From NCBI GenBank assembly GCA_000091205.1, contig AP006493.2: a stretch of DNA of 64,000 nucleotides; one strand, 5' to 3'. The notes under the pieces are model-generated. The model saw nothing but the letters and a program-made list of their open reading frames with translations. It was not told the DNA's origin and made no database searches. Source of the stretch: Cyanidioschyzon merolae (Eukaryota). Within the stretch, counting starts at the first letter, position 1, and every line of letters begins with the position of its first letter. Below are positions 44,201 through 55,454 of this stretch, piece after piece. A program made the translations under genes and the position numbers.

Positions 44201-46160
44201 CAGCGAATCGTGCATGCCGGCGAACGCGCACCCTCAACTGCTGTCATCGTCGCAGTCGATGGAGTCTCCAGTACACGCATGGATGCGCGATGCGGACACG
44301 CATTCGCAGGCGGCGTGGCATGCTGCTGCGCGGCAACGTTCACGGCGACGACGGCGACGGCGACGGCAGCAGCAGCAGCAGCAGCAGCAGCAGGAACAGG
44401 AACATGTTGTTGCAGCGGCGATATCTGGGGCGGTAACGACGGGTGATCTGGGCACTGTTGAGGCGCGCTCGGGTCCTGCGACTGTGGACAGCGATGCATC
44501 GTCGTCGTCATGCTCGGGCGGCGAGCGCGCTACTACATGGCGTACGCAGGGAAACGATGGTACATTTCAGGGAGTCTCAGCTGGCAATGCCCAGTGCGCC
44601 ACGAGCTTGCATTCGCCCTGTATGGAGCAACTGGACTCTATATGTGTTGAGCGGACGCTTACCGACGACGACAACGCAGGCGACGGTGCCGTTGTTGTGC
44701 GATGTCGCACGAATGGGCTGACGACACAGTTCCTACTGAACCCGGCCGTAGCGCTTTGCAGGTCATGTTTTCTAGTCGAATGTGATGAATTGATCGGGCG
44801 GAGGCACTTGCTCATTCGCTGTCTAATTTTGCTGAAGGTTTGGTGGCGCCACAGCCTGGCCACTGCGCAGGCACGAGCTTTGTTGTCGCCGCTCTCCGGG
44901 TCGCTTGTCTCGCCGTTCCTAGCATTGTTGTTACTGAGCTATTTGAATTGCAGAGGCCTTCCTGGTGATGAACCAGCACATGTTTTACAAGGGCTCTTCT
45001 CTTTCTACGGATTCGATATGGACTGGTCTCGTTGCGGTATGAGCATCTATGGGCCGTTTGACATCCAAAGTGGCGCGCTGATGACGCATTTGACGACGCG
45101 CCAACCGCTTATCCCAGACGCGATGCTTCGCGCGCATCAGCTCGAGTACGCTACCTGTCGTCTGCGGTATCGGGGCAGTGGCGAAGGCAGTGCTCGCGAC
45201 CTAGGCGACACTGATGCCGGAACGCGCACTGGCTACTGCGACGAAAACGACGACAACGAGGGTGCTGGAGAGCTACGCGCCCGAACTGGTCGCCAGCGAG
45301 CGCACTTGGGTCATTTTCCCCTCAACGTATTGGATGCTCTGGACCCAGGCTGGAATATTGGGCTCCAGATGGCACCGAGCCCATCTCTAGCATTCGCACT
45401 TGTGGGGGCATTTCGCGCGACGGCACAAAAGCTGGGCGAGTTCCGGGATCGCCCCAGCCGTATGCACTTGGACTTCATCTGGGGCATCGACGGTGCGCTA
45501 AAGCCCATCTGGTCCCTAATCCATGAGCACTGTGGATCGGATGCGGTCTTGTTGCTGCAAAGAGCATTCGATGATACGCCTGCTGAGTACGCATCGGGTG
45601 AACGCGCTGCGGACGGGCTCGACCAACTGAGCAGCGGAGTCGTTCCCGCAATGCCGTCCACAACGGTACTGCGCTTTTGGGAGCTGCGGCATCTCTGTGG
45701 CCTTGCGCTCGCCCCAGAAGCCGTATCCACGTCGCCATGTTCCGACAAACGCACTGGATTACGGCAGGTGCACACATACGCATCCAGTGCTACGCGCGAA
45801 GAGCTTGGCGCTTTGCCCGATATCGGCGAGCTGAAGCAAATCCTAGCCTACGTGCGATTTCTCATTCTATTCGATACTTCCGAGGCTGGTATTTTGGCGT
45901 TCCTGCTGCAAACGCTCCGACGCAAGCGCTCGCTACTCGTTGGAGAACTTGGTCAGCTGCTGCGAAGCCGTATGAACAAGAGCGCATGGCAGACGCTCTT
46001 CAAAACACGCCACGGGGGCTTGAAGCGTTTCCTTGAACGGTATCCCGATCTTTTCCAAATCGAAAATGATCATCCGCTGAATCCGCACGTCTCACTGCGC
46101 ATTCGGGACCTCGGCCAGAACATGCACCGCAGACACCGTGGTGAAGCAACAGCTACCTGA
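41217..46160 (+). CDS. Large hypothetical protein (~1650 aa from the first ATG; ORF open from 41043 with GTG) with a possible degenerate CAF1/PARN-like deadenylase-fold segment, and poly-Q/poly-R and acidic tracts.
   Basis: The segment LVFFDGLFEIMSMYEAFYAPLPPDLDAFIATLGIVTPRVVDVRCM resembles the CAF1-family motif hNGhlDLhhhYqxFxxPLPxxxxxFxxxlxxxFPxlxDTK, but the upstream DxE position reads DNK. (CAG)10 at ~44361-44390. Confidence 0.45.
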   Translation: MSTDVLVTADTTLADLAWPIVSAAIRSATFIAFSLRTTVSVQDCERQLGSLATDTLTLDAVPDSSEPKHAGESFSPADECHIAASGAGHHQSLQRRYAVYREWITRQSVIELGMTTFRRRPMDRPWVSKARGKLSGEREPSVASGPGAEQSTKSSETAAFDVQTFRFIFLLDNKGTGSVIPCFLVTPTALRQLSGRQYKEYSGQLEVDAGAVVGSPLYSDTSDDDDNDEDDFDDVDVDDDVAHACTTVTAALSKSEPYESATQQRVPEIAASTESLGWDRTAENVLGLALRQGIRYLPPRSQVTMETTPNSLPQPAVPLCSAASFETNAQRECPSLNSVDVAGGTLQGLATSTAHAASLKTAGLGARSREWASLPPSTAKGEGAQLFRMLAESGVPLVFFDGLFEIMSMYEAFYAPLPPDLDAFIATLGIVTPRVVDVRCMTALMNLHGSRKTRAPCRANANDLRPGEALLALMVRVALQSASVKHRHLLESIRGGRCFVNHPHAQALRRQAQAFAQQHNNTSARQRDGTGSDASLDNAGKQVGIILDGQQPPNESADSGAAGLATWDLEQMLTENSEPANAGEYASMLLVPLARAQTNALERYGQSSSDGTAAGSWPAPGVPADALADCTPLNEADACELIAALEDQELPDDALADFDMPPQNVSGNTRGAALRAFHVGAVLAYLLERHGWSAIMDRFRGCISSGYGDDAIRLREPGSDANAAMYTGSTGSGPDVIQGKLTFPVTSAASWRSRVGGFVSASDSKRITSPESQADADRVPAEARDWDQRHQARSTLHQGQHAEASPPANAFLSETPTIRTTVSAAAVAAPTPTLHQQSKAASLTPSSTVGHALADEWISRLVSLLAPNRLTEMLYERTLMAASSIAQRALGAHSFAVGSYAEKTYLWESGLDVGVFIAGATNNNNKCTHTQGHVSGVTGSPRRAATPNPNDDVHDDASCISDAWPTRLAAALCARATLLAFRRSTAVPASIADHSSESCMPANAHPQLLSSSQSMESPVHAWMRDADTHSQAAWHAAARQRSRRRRRRRRQQQQQQQQQEQEHVVAAAISGAVTTGDLGTVEARSGPATVDSDASSSSCSGGERATTWRTQGNDGTFQGVSAGNAQCATSLHSPCMEQLDSICVERTLTDDDNAGDGAVVVRCRTNGLTTQFLLNPAVALCRSCFLVECDELIGRRHLLIRCLILLKVWWRHSLATAQARALLSPLSGSLVSPFLALLLLSYLNCRGLPGDEPAHVLQGLFSFYGFDMDWSRCGMSIYGPFDIQSGALMTHLTTRQPLIPDAMLRAHQLEYATCRLRYRGSGEGSARDLGDTDAGTRTGYCDENDDNEGAGELRARTGRQRAHLGHFPLNVLDALDPGWNIGLQMAPSPSLAFALVGAFRATAQKLGEFRDRPSRMHLDFIWGIDGALKPIWSLIHEHCGSDAVLLLQRAFDDTPAEYASGERAADGLDQLSSGVVPAMPSTTVLRFWELRHLCGLALAPEAVSTSPCSDKRTGLRQVHTYASSATREELGALPDIGELKQILAYVRFLILFDTSEAGILAFLLQTLRRKRSLLVGELGQLLRSRMNKSAWQTLFKTRHGGLKRFLERYPDLFQIENDHPLNPHVSLRIRDLGQNMHRRHRGEATAT

Positions 46161-48279
46161 CAAGTGGCGGCTTTCGAGCTGGACTCGAAATCCAGGTCCA
46201 TTCAAGAATCGTCCATATCCTGTTATGGAACGGAATCGTTTGCAAGTGGAAGTCGACTGCACTCGCCGTGTCTGAATGGGCCCCGGCGGCGAGCCGGCAC
46301 GTACATCGACAAAACGCGTGCCACAGGTTGGATCACTCGGACACGAGTTGTTCTGGGCACCTTTTCGTGGCTTTCGCTGAGATGCATCTTTCGGGAGTCG
46401 TTGGAGCGCTCGCACTCCACCGATTTACCGCAGCATCCACTACAGGGCAGCGCCGGGCGCTTTCGTATTCCAGCACTGGTTTGCGTGGCTGGTTCGGACA
46501 GGCAAGTAGAACGCGAATCTCGGCGACGTCTGCAAGTCAGCTCGAGGCGTATCGACAGCGTCCAGCGGGGAGGCAGTTGATGACGCGCGCGACTGGCACG
46601 CCCGGGCTACTACCCGGGCTCATCGTCATCGACCGTACACCACAGAGCGATCGATCTTCGAATCATTGATTGGAATTCTGGCCCGTATTCGTCGCCTGTT
46701 GACCGTAAGAAATGCGATCTCCAAAGAATTAGCAGGGAGCTGTGTTCATATGCATCGATTGGAGACCATACATCCATGTGTGAAGAAAATGGAACGGGTA
46801 TACGTTCCTAACTCGGACGTAAAAACCAGATATCGGGGTTTGCTTTCCACGACGATCAAGAGAAGCCTCTGCGAAATTTTTCTATGACTGCTTGCTTTTT
46901 TCCTCGTTATCTCCGGTTTCAGTGACGCGGGTCTCTCCGTTTTCCCGCAGTTCTGTTATCAGCAGTGCATGGATGGGTGATGAGGATGACGGTGATTACG
47001 GCAGCGTTCAAGTTCCAACTGTGCTGCGTCCGGCTATTATCAACGCGCGCACTGCATAGACGGTTGCTGTGATCGACGCTGTCCTTTACATTTTCATTCT
47101 CTACATTTCCATGCTCGGTGCGCGCTTCGTAGCAGTGACTCCGGAGTTTGGTCAGGTGTTATCGTATGCTCATTACTCCGTCTTCGCCGCCGAGAGCTGC
47201 CCAGTGGTGCATGAACGATTGCTACATGGCGCGGTACGTGGCCTTGACGAGTACCGCTGGCGGTCGTCGATGCCCTCCTCCGTTTCCCGCGCCTAGCACG
47301 ATACCTTAGGATCACGGGCTTCTTCCGGGTGTATTCCCTTGGCGAGTACGCTGCCCCATTCAATAGCAGGTTTCGGAACGATATGTTGTCTAGAAGAAAA
47401 TAAGCATCGGAATGAAAATCTGCGCTGAGGAACGCAATTTCAGAATTTCGAACGGTCGACGCTCCGTTCTTGCGAAACGGTGACGCACGCTTCTCTCGAA
47501 TCGATTTCGGTGATGCCTCAAGTCCGAATCCAGGTCTCGTTTCCACGCGAGCAGCAGAGACGGGAGCATCTGCGCGCAAATCCCAGGAGAGGTATCATGT
47601 GTGTTCGGAATGCTGTTTCGTCGATGACCGGAGAGAGAAGCGAATTTGTCTTTGAAACAGAGTGAATTATTTGATGGGATAAGATTTGTGAACATTCAGC
47701 GTGGGCCAGTGAACAAATCGACAAGCGATGCCAACGAGTTGCCTAGAAACCGAATGATCGACAACCAGAACATTGCATAACACGGGCATGATACACGTAT
47801 GGCAAGGAGAAGCATCCGGGTTTTCACGAACGAGTTGGATCATCATATCGCTTCCATGACCCAGCCTTTTGTTAAACAACGTCAGGAATTATCTTGATTC
47901 TGGTGACGCAACGAGCTTCAGTATCAAAGAGTGGAAGGACCCGCTCCGGATAGACGACCGAGAACCCGACCAATATCAATGCATCTGTAAGCCCATGTTA
48001 GCGCAGTCTGGATCCGCAGGCGGTGCATCAAAGGAAACGTGCTGCGTAAACAGGACGTAGAGGAACAGATCGCCCAGTTCAGCGTACCCGAATCATCTGT
48101 CCCGAATATACCTATTTAGCGTCTTAGCGAACCAAAAGGACTTGTAGGTATTTTACTGGAAAAACTAGCCATTCGCGCGGCGATGCTCGGCGATCGCGTC
48201 CTGCGCTGGCGCCGCCCCTGCCAATCCTACTACTTCGCCATCCAGCCTGCTTCTCTGCTTTCAGCCTATCGCTGCGCCC

Positions 48280-48720
48280 ATGCCCCGTATCAGGAAAGGC
48301 TTAGCCAAGACAAAGGCAGTGGCCAAGGTAGTTCGATCGGGATCCACTCCAAAAATCCTGGCCAAGGCCCACGAGAAAGTGCGTTTCAGAAAGCCGAAGA
48401 CGCGAAAACTCGCACGAGCGCCCAAGTACCCTCGCAAGTCTGCGCCTGCGACGCCGTGGATCGATGAGTTCGGCGTTATTAAACACCCACTGACGACGGA
48501 GAGCGCAATGAAACTAATGGAAGATCACAATACGCTGGTGTTTATTGTAGACGTTAGGTCTGACAAGCGGAAAATTCGTCAAGCGGTCGCGAAGCTCTAC
48601 GGTGTTCAAGCGAGCAAAGTGAACACGCTCATTCGTCCCGACGGGAAGAAGAAGGCGTTCGTTCGATTGGCTGCCAACTACGACGCACTTGATGTTGCGA
48701 ATAAGATCGGAATAATCTAA
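48280..48720 (+). CDS. RPL23A: 60S ribosomal protein L23a (uL23; yeast L25), 146 aa.
   Basis: ATG at 48280. Lys-rich N-terminus and a conserved C-terminus [22 protein letters not shown], typical of eukaryotic L23a. Confidence 0.85.
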   Translation: MPRIRKGLAKTKAVAKVVRSGSTPKILAKAHEKVRFRKPKTRKLARAPKYPRKSAPATPWIDEFGVIKHPLTTESAMKLMEDHNTLVFIVDVRSDKRKIRQAVAKLYGVQASKVNTLIRPDGKKKAFVRLAANYDALDVANKIGII

Positions 48721-49728
48721 AGGTACCTGGTTTCGCTTGGCACCAAAGGGAAAACCGTCGGTGAAGTGCACAGCGGAAACAGCATTTTCATGCATTGCAG
48801 GACGCACTCGGCGGCGGAAGCGGCGGCGAAGCGTTCAGCAGACGCAGTAAGCACTGCGGTGCCAGGTGATCCTCGAAATCGCTGTTCATCGTAGCAACGT
48901 GCTCCCTCGGGCGCCTGGATACTGGCATCACATTCTGCAGCAGAGTCATATGGGTCGCGGATCAGGTGTGTTCGCTGCGAACCCGGAACGGAGCATTCCG
49001 TCACAGTGGATGATGTTGCAGCACAGAGAGAGCCCTGTGGAGCATACAACCCCAACATGGATGCTTTCAGCGCGAAGAGCGCATACATGCCATCGTTTCC
49101 CGGAACAGATAATTCGCAGTTGCTGGTTTCGAGTGCTGCCGCCTGTCGTTTCAGAGGTTTCTCAGACCGGATTTGCGGAGCGTCGGCAAAACCGAGCTTG
49201 ATGCCCTCTGCCGCTACACTGTACGTATTATTCGCGAGCGATACTACCACCGGGATCTGGGCACTCTCTCCGGGGGTGTCTGTCATTTACCGTATCTGCG
49301 CTGCGTCGAAAGACCGTCTACAAGCTGGTACGTCGTTAAATGAGAGGCCAGCGATCCTTCTTGATTGTGCGTCGGCAACCGCCATATTTAGACCGCTCAG
49401 ATCGAGCGAATAAAGGCGAATGCGACGGAGCATCAGGCGGCGAACTCCCGCTACTGTCTAGACTCGCGAACAACGAACCTGGTAGAGCGTAGTCGTAAAC
49501 CCGTGCGTCGGTCGCGAACGAGAGCATCACCAGTTGCAAATGCGACACACCACGGTCGTGCGCTGGTCATCGTCGATTCAGAACCCGAACTCGTAAAATA
49601 CTCCGAAACGCCAGGTATCATCCTGTGGTCTGAATTGAGGCATTTGGCATTCGGTTTCTAACCACGAACGGCGTCCGTGACTGCTATTCCCGTTCCATGC
49701 CGCGAACGTCTAGCCGGCCACGAACGGA

Positions 49729-51156
49729 TCAAGGGCGCAGCAGCGCTGTCTGTAGCTTGCCCTCTATATAGGAGCTGAGGTCCACGACGCGATAGCCTCG
49801 AGACTTTGCGACATCCACGGGGTCATGTATCTGCTTGAGCGCCTCAAAAAGCGCCTTGAGGGCATTGATTCGGTTGCGAGATCCATGCAGCTTGGCGCCT
49901 GCGTCCTTCACTCCGATCACATCCAATGCGCACTGGTAAAAGTAATTCATGCGCAGCCCGGTGTTCGACTTGAGCGGCCACAAGTACACGAGACATCGCC
50001 CAAATCGTGCAGTTGATTCATGCGGTATCGTTCGTTGTTCATAGAGCGGCACGTAGATGAGGTTCCGCCGCGCCTCACGAGTTGCTCGCCTAATAGCGCC
50101 CTGCACCGTACGCGCCTTGCCATCCCCGTAGCCGCCAACGCCTTTCCCGTTTCCGATACAGACTGCAGCTCGGTAACTGAGCCTGGTGGAGCCTTCGGTC
50201 ACCTTTGCGACTCGTTTCATATCCAAAAGCACGGTATGAAAGCCCCGCAGCAGCGTGCGTGGATCAGACGAGTCCTCGTACCACTGGGCGTAGCCACCGC
50301 TGGGACACTCGTCGCTGTTCTCGTATTGGACGTTATCACGCGCATCTGCCACCGGTCCGTAGAGCTCGCGGTACCTGCGTTCCTGGAGCGCGGACTCCGC
50401 CTCCTGCTCCGCAAGGATCTTATCTCGCTTGGTCAGGCGGCGTTTCTCCTCGAGTTCTGGCTGCGGCACCATTCCCGGTGGGTAAGCTTCGATTGGCACC
50501 GCAACACGCAGACCAAAACTCAAGTCCAGAAGGGCCTCGCGGGTGCGATACACTTGTGCGAGCTGTTCGAAAGAGAGTAACGCATCACCAGAGGTTTGCA
50601 GATGCGCTTTCAGCGTCTCGACCAGCTTCTTGGCATCGTAGAGCGTGGCGGAAACTCGTTCGCGCATGATACCTACGAGCGCCTTCGACTCCTGTGGGTA
50701 GGCGCTCATCACTTCCTGTAGAAAAATGCTCAAACGTTGGACCTCCTGCTCATGCTCGGAACGTAAACCGGCTGTATCCAACTTGGCAACGCAGGACCAG
50801 GTCTCCGTGACGAGACCTCGTTTCAAGAACTGACGCGGTTCACAAGCAACCGTAATTTGCTTTCGGAAGGCTTCCTGACAGCCCCGCATTCGGGTGATAG
50901 CGATGGGGTTGGCGCCAGCGGACCTGCTCGCTCCCCACGGGAAAGCACGAAAACCGCGAACGAGGACAGAAAGGAGAGAATGCAACCCGTCCGCTCTAGG
51001 AATATGACCTCTGTCGCTGCCGTGCAGGCTGCTCCATTTGAGGCCTCCAAGCGCCGAAGCGGACCCTAGAATGCCACTGCGGTGGTGGCCTGCAGTCCCG
51101 GTGCGCGCACCGTGCAGTGCGCCTAACGCAGCAGCCAGCCGAGGTGCCAGACGCAT
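49729..51156 (-). CDS. Organellar (most likely mitochondrial) ribosomal protein S5 (bacterial-type uS5) with a long N-terminal extension, 475 aa.
   Basis: ATG at 51156-51154. The core RVAKVTEGSTRLSYRAAVCIGNGKGVGGYGDGKARTVQGAIRRATREARRNLIYVPL aligns with bacterial S5 (RVxKVxKGGRRFSFxALVVVGDxNGxVGxGxGKAxEVxxAIxKAxxxAKKNLIxVPL). Confidence 0.75.
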   Translation of the reverse strand: MRLAPRLAAALGALHGARTGTAGHHRSGILGSASALGGLKWSSLHGSDRGHIPRADGLHSLLSVLVRGFRAFPWGASRSAGANPIAITRMRGCQEAFRKQITVACEPRQFLKRGLVTETWSCVAKLDTAGLRSEHEQEVQRLSIFLQEVMSAYPQESKALVGIMRERVSATLYDAKKLVETLKAHLQTSGDALLSFEQLAQVYRTREALLDLSFGLRVAVPIEAYPPGMVPQPELEEKRRLTKRDKILAEQEAESALQERRYRELYGPVADARDNVQYENSDECPSGGYAQWYEDSSDPRTLLRGFHTVLLDMKRVAKVTEGSTRLSYRAAVCIGNGKGVGGYGDGKARTVQGAIRRATREARRNLIYVPLYEQRTIPHESTARFGRCLVYLWPLKSNTGLRMNYFYQCALDVIGVKDAGAKLHGSRNRINALKALFEALKQIHDPVDVAKSRGYRVVDLSSYIEGKLQTALLRP

Positions 51157-52283
51157 GGCGGGTCACGCTGCTGGCCTAGAGTGGTGCCTCTGCGAAACCG
51201 TTCTACACAAGTGCTCGTCTTCAATGCGCCGCACACGTGTGCGATGAACCCGAACGGGTACACGCAACGCGAAGAGCTCGAGCGCCCGTCGCCAGATCTA
51301 CACACGCGGGCAAGTAAAGATGCACACCCACCGGCTGCAGTGCCTTGAGGCAAAGGATTGCGCTATGCTCGTGGACACCGTACTGCCCGATCGTCTGCCA
51401 GTCAGTCCTAGTCCCAGAACTGCTCTGCCCTGACGACTAGGCTCGATACCGGTAAAGAGGCACAAGCGTCAGGGGGCGTCAGCACCTCGACAGTGCGCCT
51501 CATGGTCTGGGTTTCCAATGGGACAAATATTGAATTTTCTATATGTTTATGGACTCTTCTCGATGCACGCCAGACCCTGTGCCGCTTTTTATACCAACGC
51601 GTGGATCGTCGCTACGAGCCGCGGAAACGCCTTTCCCAACGAAGGACTCCGTCCACGTGTATCTACCTTTGGTTATGCGTCTATCGAAGGTTTGTGATGC
51701 GTTTCCAGGGGGTCAACCCTGGAAACGGCAGCAAGAGCGCCGGCTGCAACTGGCGCTCGAGTGGAGAGCTCGTCTATCGAGGAACGGTGTCCGCGCGGCA
51801 TCGCCTGGTACCCCGTGACGGCATCTGCGAGTTCGTTGCAAACATACCAACACTGCAGACCAGGAGGCGTCCAAAATGTCAGGATCATCTCATGCGCGGC
51901 CTGCCCGAAGCCGAACATTGACGCACATGATGCTACAGCTCCATGCCAAACTACAAGTTGTCAGGATACGGCACCCAGATTCGCCCGCGTGATCCACATG
52001 GGCGCTACGCAGTACCCGATTCCAGGGATGCAACGATGTCTTCCATTCCTCGATCAGCGATGCCGAGCTGGACATGCGGCACAATGCACGTCTGCGTACG
52101 CGACCTGCAGTCGTCACCTTGCACGCCACTTGCAGAGACAATGCTCTACAGACTGTTATTCCAGCGCTGGTTCTCGCCAAAGCTCTGCACCGGTCAATGA
52201 ACACCCGCTGTCCGTTCCGCAGCGAGACCCGCGAACCGCTGGTCATCTACGACGCTATCGCGTGCCGCAACATGTCCGCGCGC

Positions 52284-55200
52284 TCAGCGGCTGTGCGGGC
52301 GCCGCTGCGCATCCGGACCCGTCATCGACTCGTGGTACGCCTGCAACACGTGCTTGCCAAGTCCAGCGGGATCGCGTCGTAACAGGTCTTGAAAGGCAGC
52401 GGTTTCAATCACCTCCGCGAAATGGTGCGTGATGTACGCCAGGCAATACGCTTTGAGGCCGCCCATGCCGTCCTCACGTTGCGCGGCGATTTCCAAGACA
52501 AACGCAACATTTTCAGGACGTATGGCTCGTTCAACCAGCGCAACACAAAAATTCCGCAGCTCATCCAGACGCAGCATATCTGCCGTTCGCAAACATTCAA
52601 GCAGGAACCGACCATCACGCTCACTCGTCGATGCCACGGAAAGCATCGCACTAGCGTCCATCGCGTTATCGTGACAAGCGCGCCCACTAGCCCTGGCAGC
52701 GATGCGCGCATCGTGTACCGGCAACTCGCCCGTATACAAGTAGCGCAGCACTGCCTCAAATACCGGTGCCGATACATCCGGTAAATGGATCACGCGAGGC
52801 CATTCCCCGTGAAGCGACTCTCGTAGACCCGAGTGAAACATATCTGCAAAATACTCGGATCGAGCAGCCAGGATCACCCGGTGCGCGTAGAAAAGGCGGC
52901 ATCGTGAGGCGCGCTGCTGCCGCTGCCGCTGCTGCGTCGCCTCACGCGGGAACCCAGCGGCGCATTGCCCAGCGTTCATGGCGGCGGACACGTGGCGGGT
53001 GCGTGCGCTCGTCGCGCCTTGCACGCATGCATTGCTGGCGTCGATGCGATCGCATCGAGCGTCTACGGGCGACGCTGTGTGCGCTGTTGCCACAGCGGGC
53101 CCTGCGGGTTGATCCTCTTCGGGGAGCGCGTCCAGGGATTCGGGAACCTCGAAGATCACATCAGCAAGGGTCGGCTCGTGGAGTGCTTTTCCGAGCTCAG
53201 TGCAAAATCGACACGGTTGCAGGACGTCACCACGGTCGGTACCAAGACCATAAAATACGTACATATCTCCGAAGAAGCGATCTTTGGCTCTGTTTGTCCC
53301 GCCAAACAGATACATGGAACAGCGTAGCGGATCGCGGGGTGCCACCACAGCGGCGCTCGCCAGTTGCCTCGGATGCAGCTCGACGCGCACGCGCTCTGCC
53401 GAGGCCTGACCCAGAGACGCCTCCGTGAGCTCATCGAGTGCGATTCGCTGCCACATGTTCAGGTGAAAGTGGTATTTCCAAATATCTCGACTCAGGTCTG
53501 AGGAACGCAGCTCTGACGGGGTAGGTGACGTGTCTGCTGATACAGCGCTCGTCAATGCATGAGGCGGTAGCGAATGTTCGGGCCGCTCCGCAAGCACCGG
53601 CTGTGCGGCGCGCTGCGTGGCATCGAGGCGCACCTTGCCGCCGAAAACGTACATGGCACCGGCACCGGCGACCGCGCAGTGGCCGTGAACCGCCTGCGGT
53701 CCACCGCCGTGCATCAGCACCGGACAATGCCAGGACCAGGTGCATAAATTCAGCACAAAAAGATCAGAACATCCATAGTTGAGCTTGTTGCGATACTGAA
53801 AGCCCCCGAAAACATACATCGTATCGTCGTAGACAACTGCGGAATGCTTGCAGCGCCGATGTGGGTAATCGATCCCAGGGCGACCAGTTGCCATCGTCTC
53901 CTGTAGCGCACGTGGACAAAACCATTTGCCGGAACGCAGATCGCAGACAGCAGTGGTGTTGACCTTGCGACGTCCATCGTAACCACCAAAAACGATCATC
54001 AAATGGCCATAGGTCACTGCCGAGTGCTCAGCACGCCCCGAGGTCGGGCCACCTTCGGGCAATGGGATCATCTGTACAGAAGTGGCGTGCTCGGGGGTTG
54101 CGCTGAGCCCAGCACCTATCGACGGATGTGGAGCTCGGAAGCTTTCGCGCCGCCCTGACCTGGATTGGCCGCGTTCGACCGCCCTGAATCGTACTTCAGA
54201 TCCCCTGACATTGGACGTACCTGTTGTTGTTGTTGCAGCAGCTGCTGCTGTTGGAACGCGAGCTAATGAGATGGATGTCGCCGCGCCTAGTGCTGCGTCA
54301 GAGGCGGTCTCGGTCGCACGGTGCTCGGCATGCCCGACATTCTCCAACAGTGCGCCGGGTGCTCGCGCCCTGCCCTGGCACGATACCAGCACCCATCGTC
54401 GCTCTGAATGCAAATCGAAGCGCCAAAGATCTCCCAGCACATGATTCTCCGCATCAAAGCCTCCGTAAACGTACAGGGATCCATCGAAGCTCACCATGGT
54501 CGCATGGCGTCGTGGTGCCGGCTGCTCGTCAGCAGCATTGCTCATCAAGCGCCAAAGACGAGTTTCGCCATCAAGTTCTATTAGATCGCAAAAATGCACC
54601 GTATATCTTTTTTGTCCATCTGTTGTAACCCGATAGAGTCCTGGTGGAGGCAAGGTGTCTGGGTCTGGTGTTCCAGTCGCGCTCCGATGCCCGCCAAAGA
54701 TGTACACGCGGTTGTCAACCGAAGCCATAGCGTGGCCAGCCCGGCCCGCACTAAGATAACGAAGGTTCCCAGACACCGGAATCGACTGGAAGCGCATTCG
54801 GGTTGCGTATCTGCTTCCGGAGCCACTGGAATCCATCGAGTCCTTCCCGTTTTCGGCGCCGAACGTGTTTCCTTCACAGGTTCGGTCAACTGCGGTGCCC
54901 GCAGGTCCTTGCTGGGGCGCTGCCGCCGCGCGCTCGACCACCTGTCGGTGCTGCGGCTGGCTGCCAGCGGCGTCTGTGTGATCACCGACAGAAGCGGATC
55001 GCTGGACGTCCGCGTCTACTGACGCCAGCGGTACCGCACGCGGCTGTACGCGTCCCGGTGCCGCAAACGTCGGTTCCTCCGGGCACTCCGTCGTGTGTGT
55101 GCACCCGGCTGCGCTTTTTTCAGTTCGGTCTGGTGCGTCCAACGTTCCCACTGTTTGTGAAGAAAACCCGACGCCGACTCCGACGCCAATGTGCCGCGAG

Positions 55201-55454
55201 CGCTTCACCCAGCTCTCGGGAGAGTGCTCGCAGCCGCCAGCGTTCCAGGCCACGTTTCCGTGTCGTGACTCGTAAGCTACGGGATCATGGGACTGACCGA
55301 GGTTCAAACGGTTCAGTGTCCTCGCATCCGTCACTAGACACGACGACGCTCTTGAACTGGAGTCCTCAGAACCCGAAACGTTTCCCTCAGAGCTCCCGGC
55401 CGTCGACGGTGGTGATGGTGCGTTTGACCGGTGTGCGCCCTTAGCGCGCTGCAT
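52284..55454 (-). CDS. Kelch-repeat (x6) plus C-terminal BTB/POZ-BACK protein (LZTR1-like domain order), ~1056 aa from the first ATG. The ORF is open to 55571 with TTG.
   Basis: Six Kelch blades (RVYIFGG, SLYVYGG, LMIVFGG, TMYVFGG, AMYVFGG, MYLFGG), followed by a BTB domain (CRLFYAHRVILAARSEYFADMFHSGL...VFEAVLRYLYTGEL) and a helical BACK-like tail. Confidence 0.75.
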   Translation of the reverse strand: MQRAKGAHRSNAPSPPSTAGSSEGNVSGSEDSSSRASSCLVTDARTLNRLNLGQSHDPVAYESRHGNVAWNAGGCEHSPESWVKRSRHIGVGVGVGFSSQTVGTLDAPDRTEKSAAGCTHTTECPEEPTFAAPGRVQPRAVPLASVDADVQRSASVGDHTDAAGSQPQHRQVVERAAAAPQQGPAGTAVDRTCEGNTFGAENGKDSMDSSGSGSRYATRMRFQSIPVSGNLRYLSAGRAGHAMASVDNRVYIFGGHRSATGTPDPDTLPPPGLYRVTTDGQKRYTVHFCDLIELDGETRLWRLMSNAADEQPAPRRHATMVSFDGSLYVYGGFDAENHVLGDLWRFDLHSERRWVLVSCQGRARAPGALLENVGHAEHRATETASDAALGAATSISLARVPTAAAAATTTTGTSNVRGSEVRFRAVERGQSRSGRRESFRAPHPSIGAGLSATPEHATSVQMIPLPEGGPTSGRAEHSAVTYGHLMIVFGGYDGRRKVNTTAVCDLRSGKWFCPRALQETMATGRPGIDYPHRRCKHSAVVYDDTMYVFGGFQYRNKLNYGCSDLFVLNLCTWSWHCPVLMHGGGPQAVHGHCAVAGAGAMYVFGGKVRLDATQRAAQPVLAERPEHSLPPHALTSAVSADTSPTPSELRSSDLSRDIWKYHFHLNMWQRIALDELTEASLGQASAERVRVELHPRQLASAAVVAPRDPLRCSMYLFGGTNRAKDRFFGDMYVFYGLGTDRGDVLQPCRFCTELGKALHEPTLADVIFEVPESLDALPEEDQPAGPAVATAHTASPVDARCDRIDASNACVQGATSARTRHVSAAMNAGQCAAGFPREATQQRQRQQRASRCRLFYAHRVILAARSEYFADMFHSGLRESLHGEWPRVIHLPDVSAPVFEAVLRYLYTGELPVHDARIAARASGRACHDNAMDASAMLSVASTSERDGRFLLECLRTADMLRLDELRNFCVALVERAIRPENVAFVLEIAAQREDGMGGLKAYCLAYITHHFAEVIETAAFQDLLRRDPAGLGKHVLQAYHESMTGPDAQRRPHSR

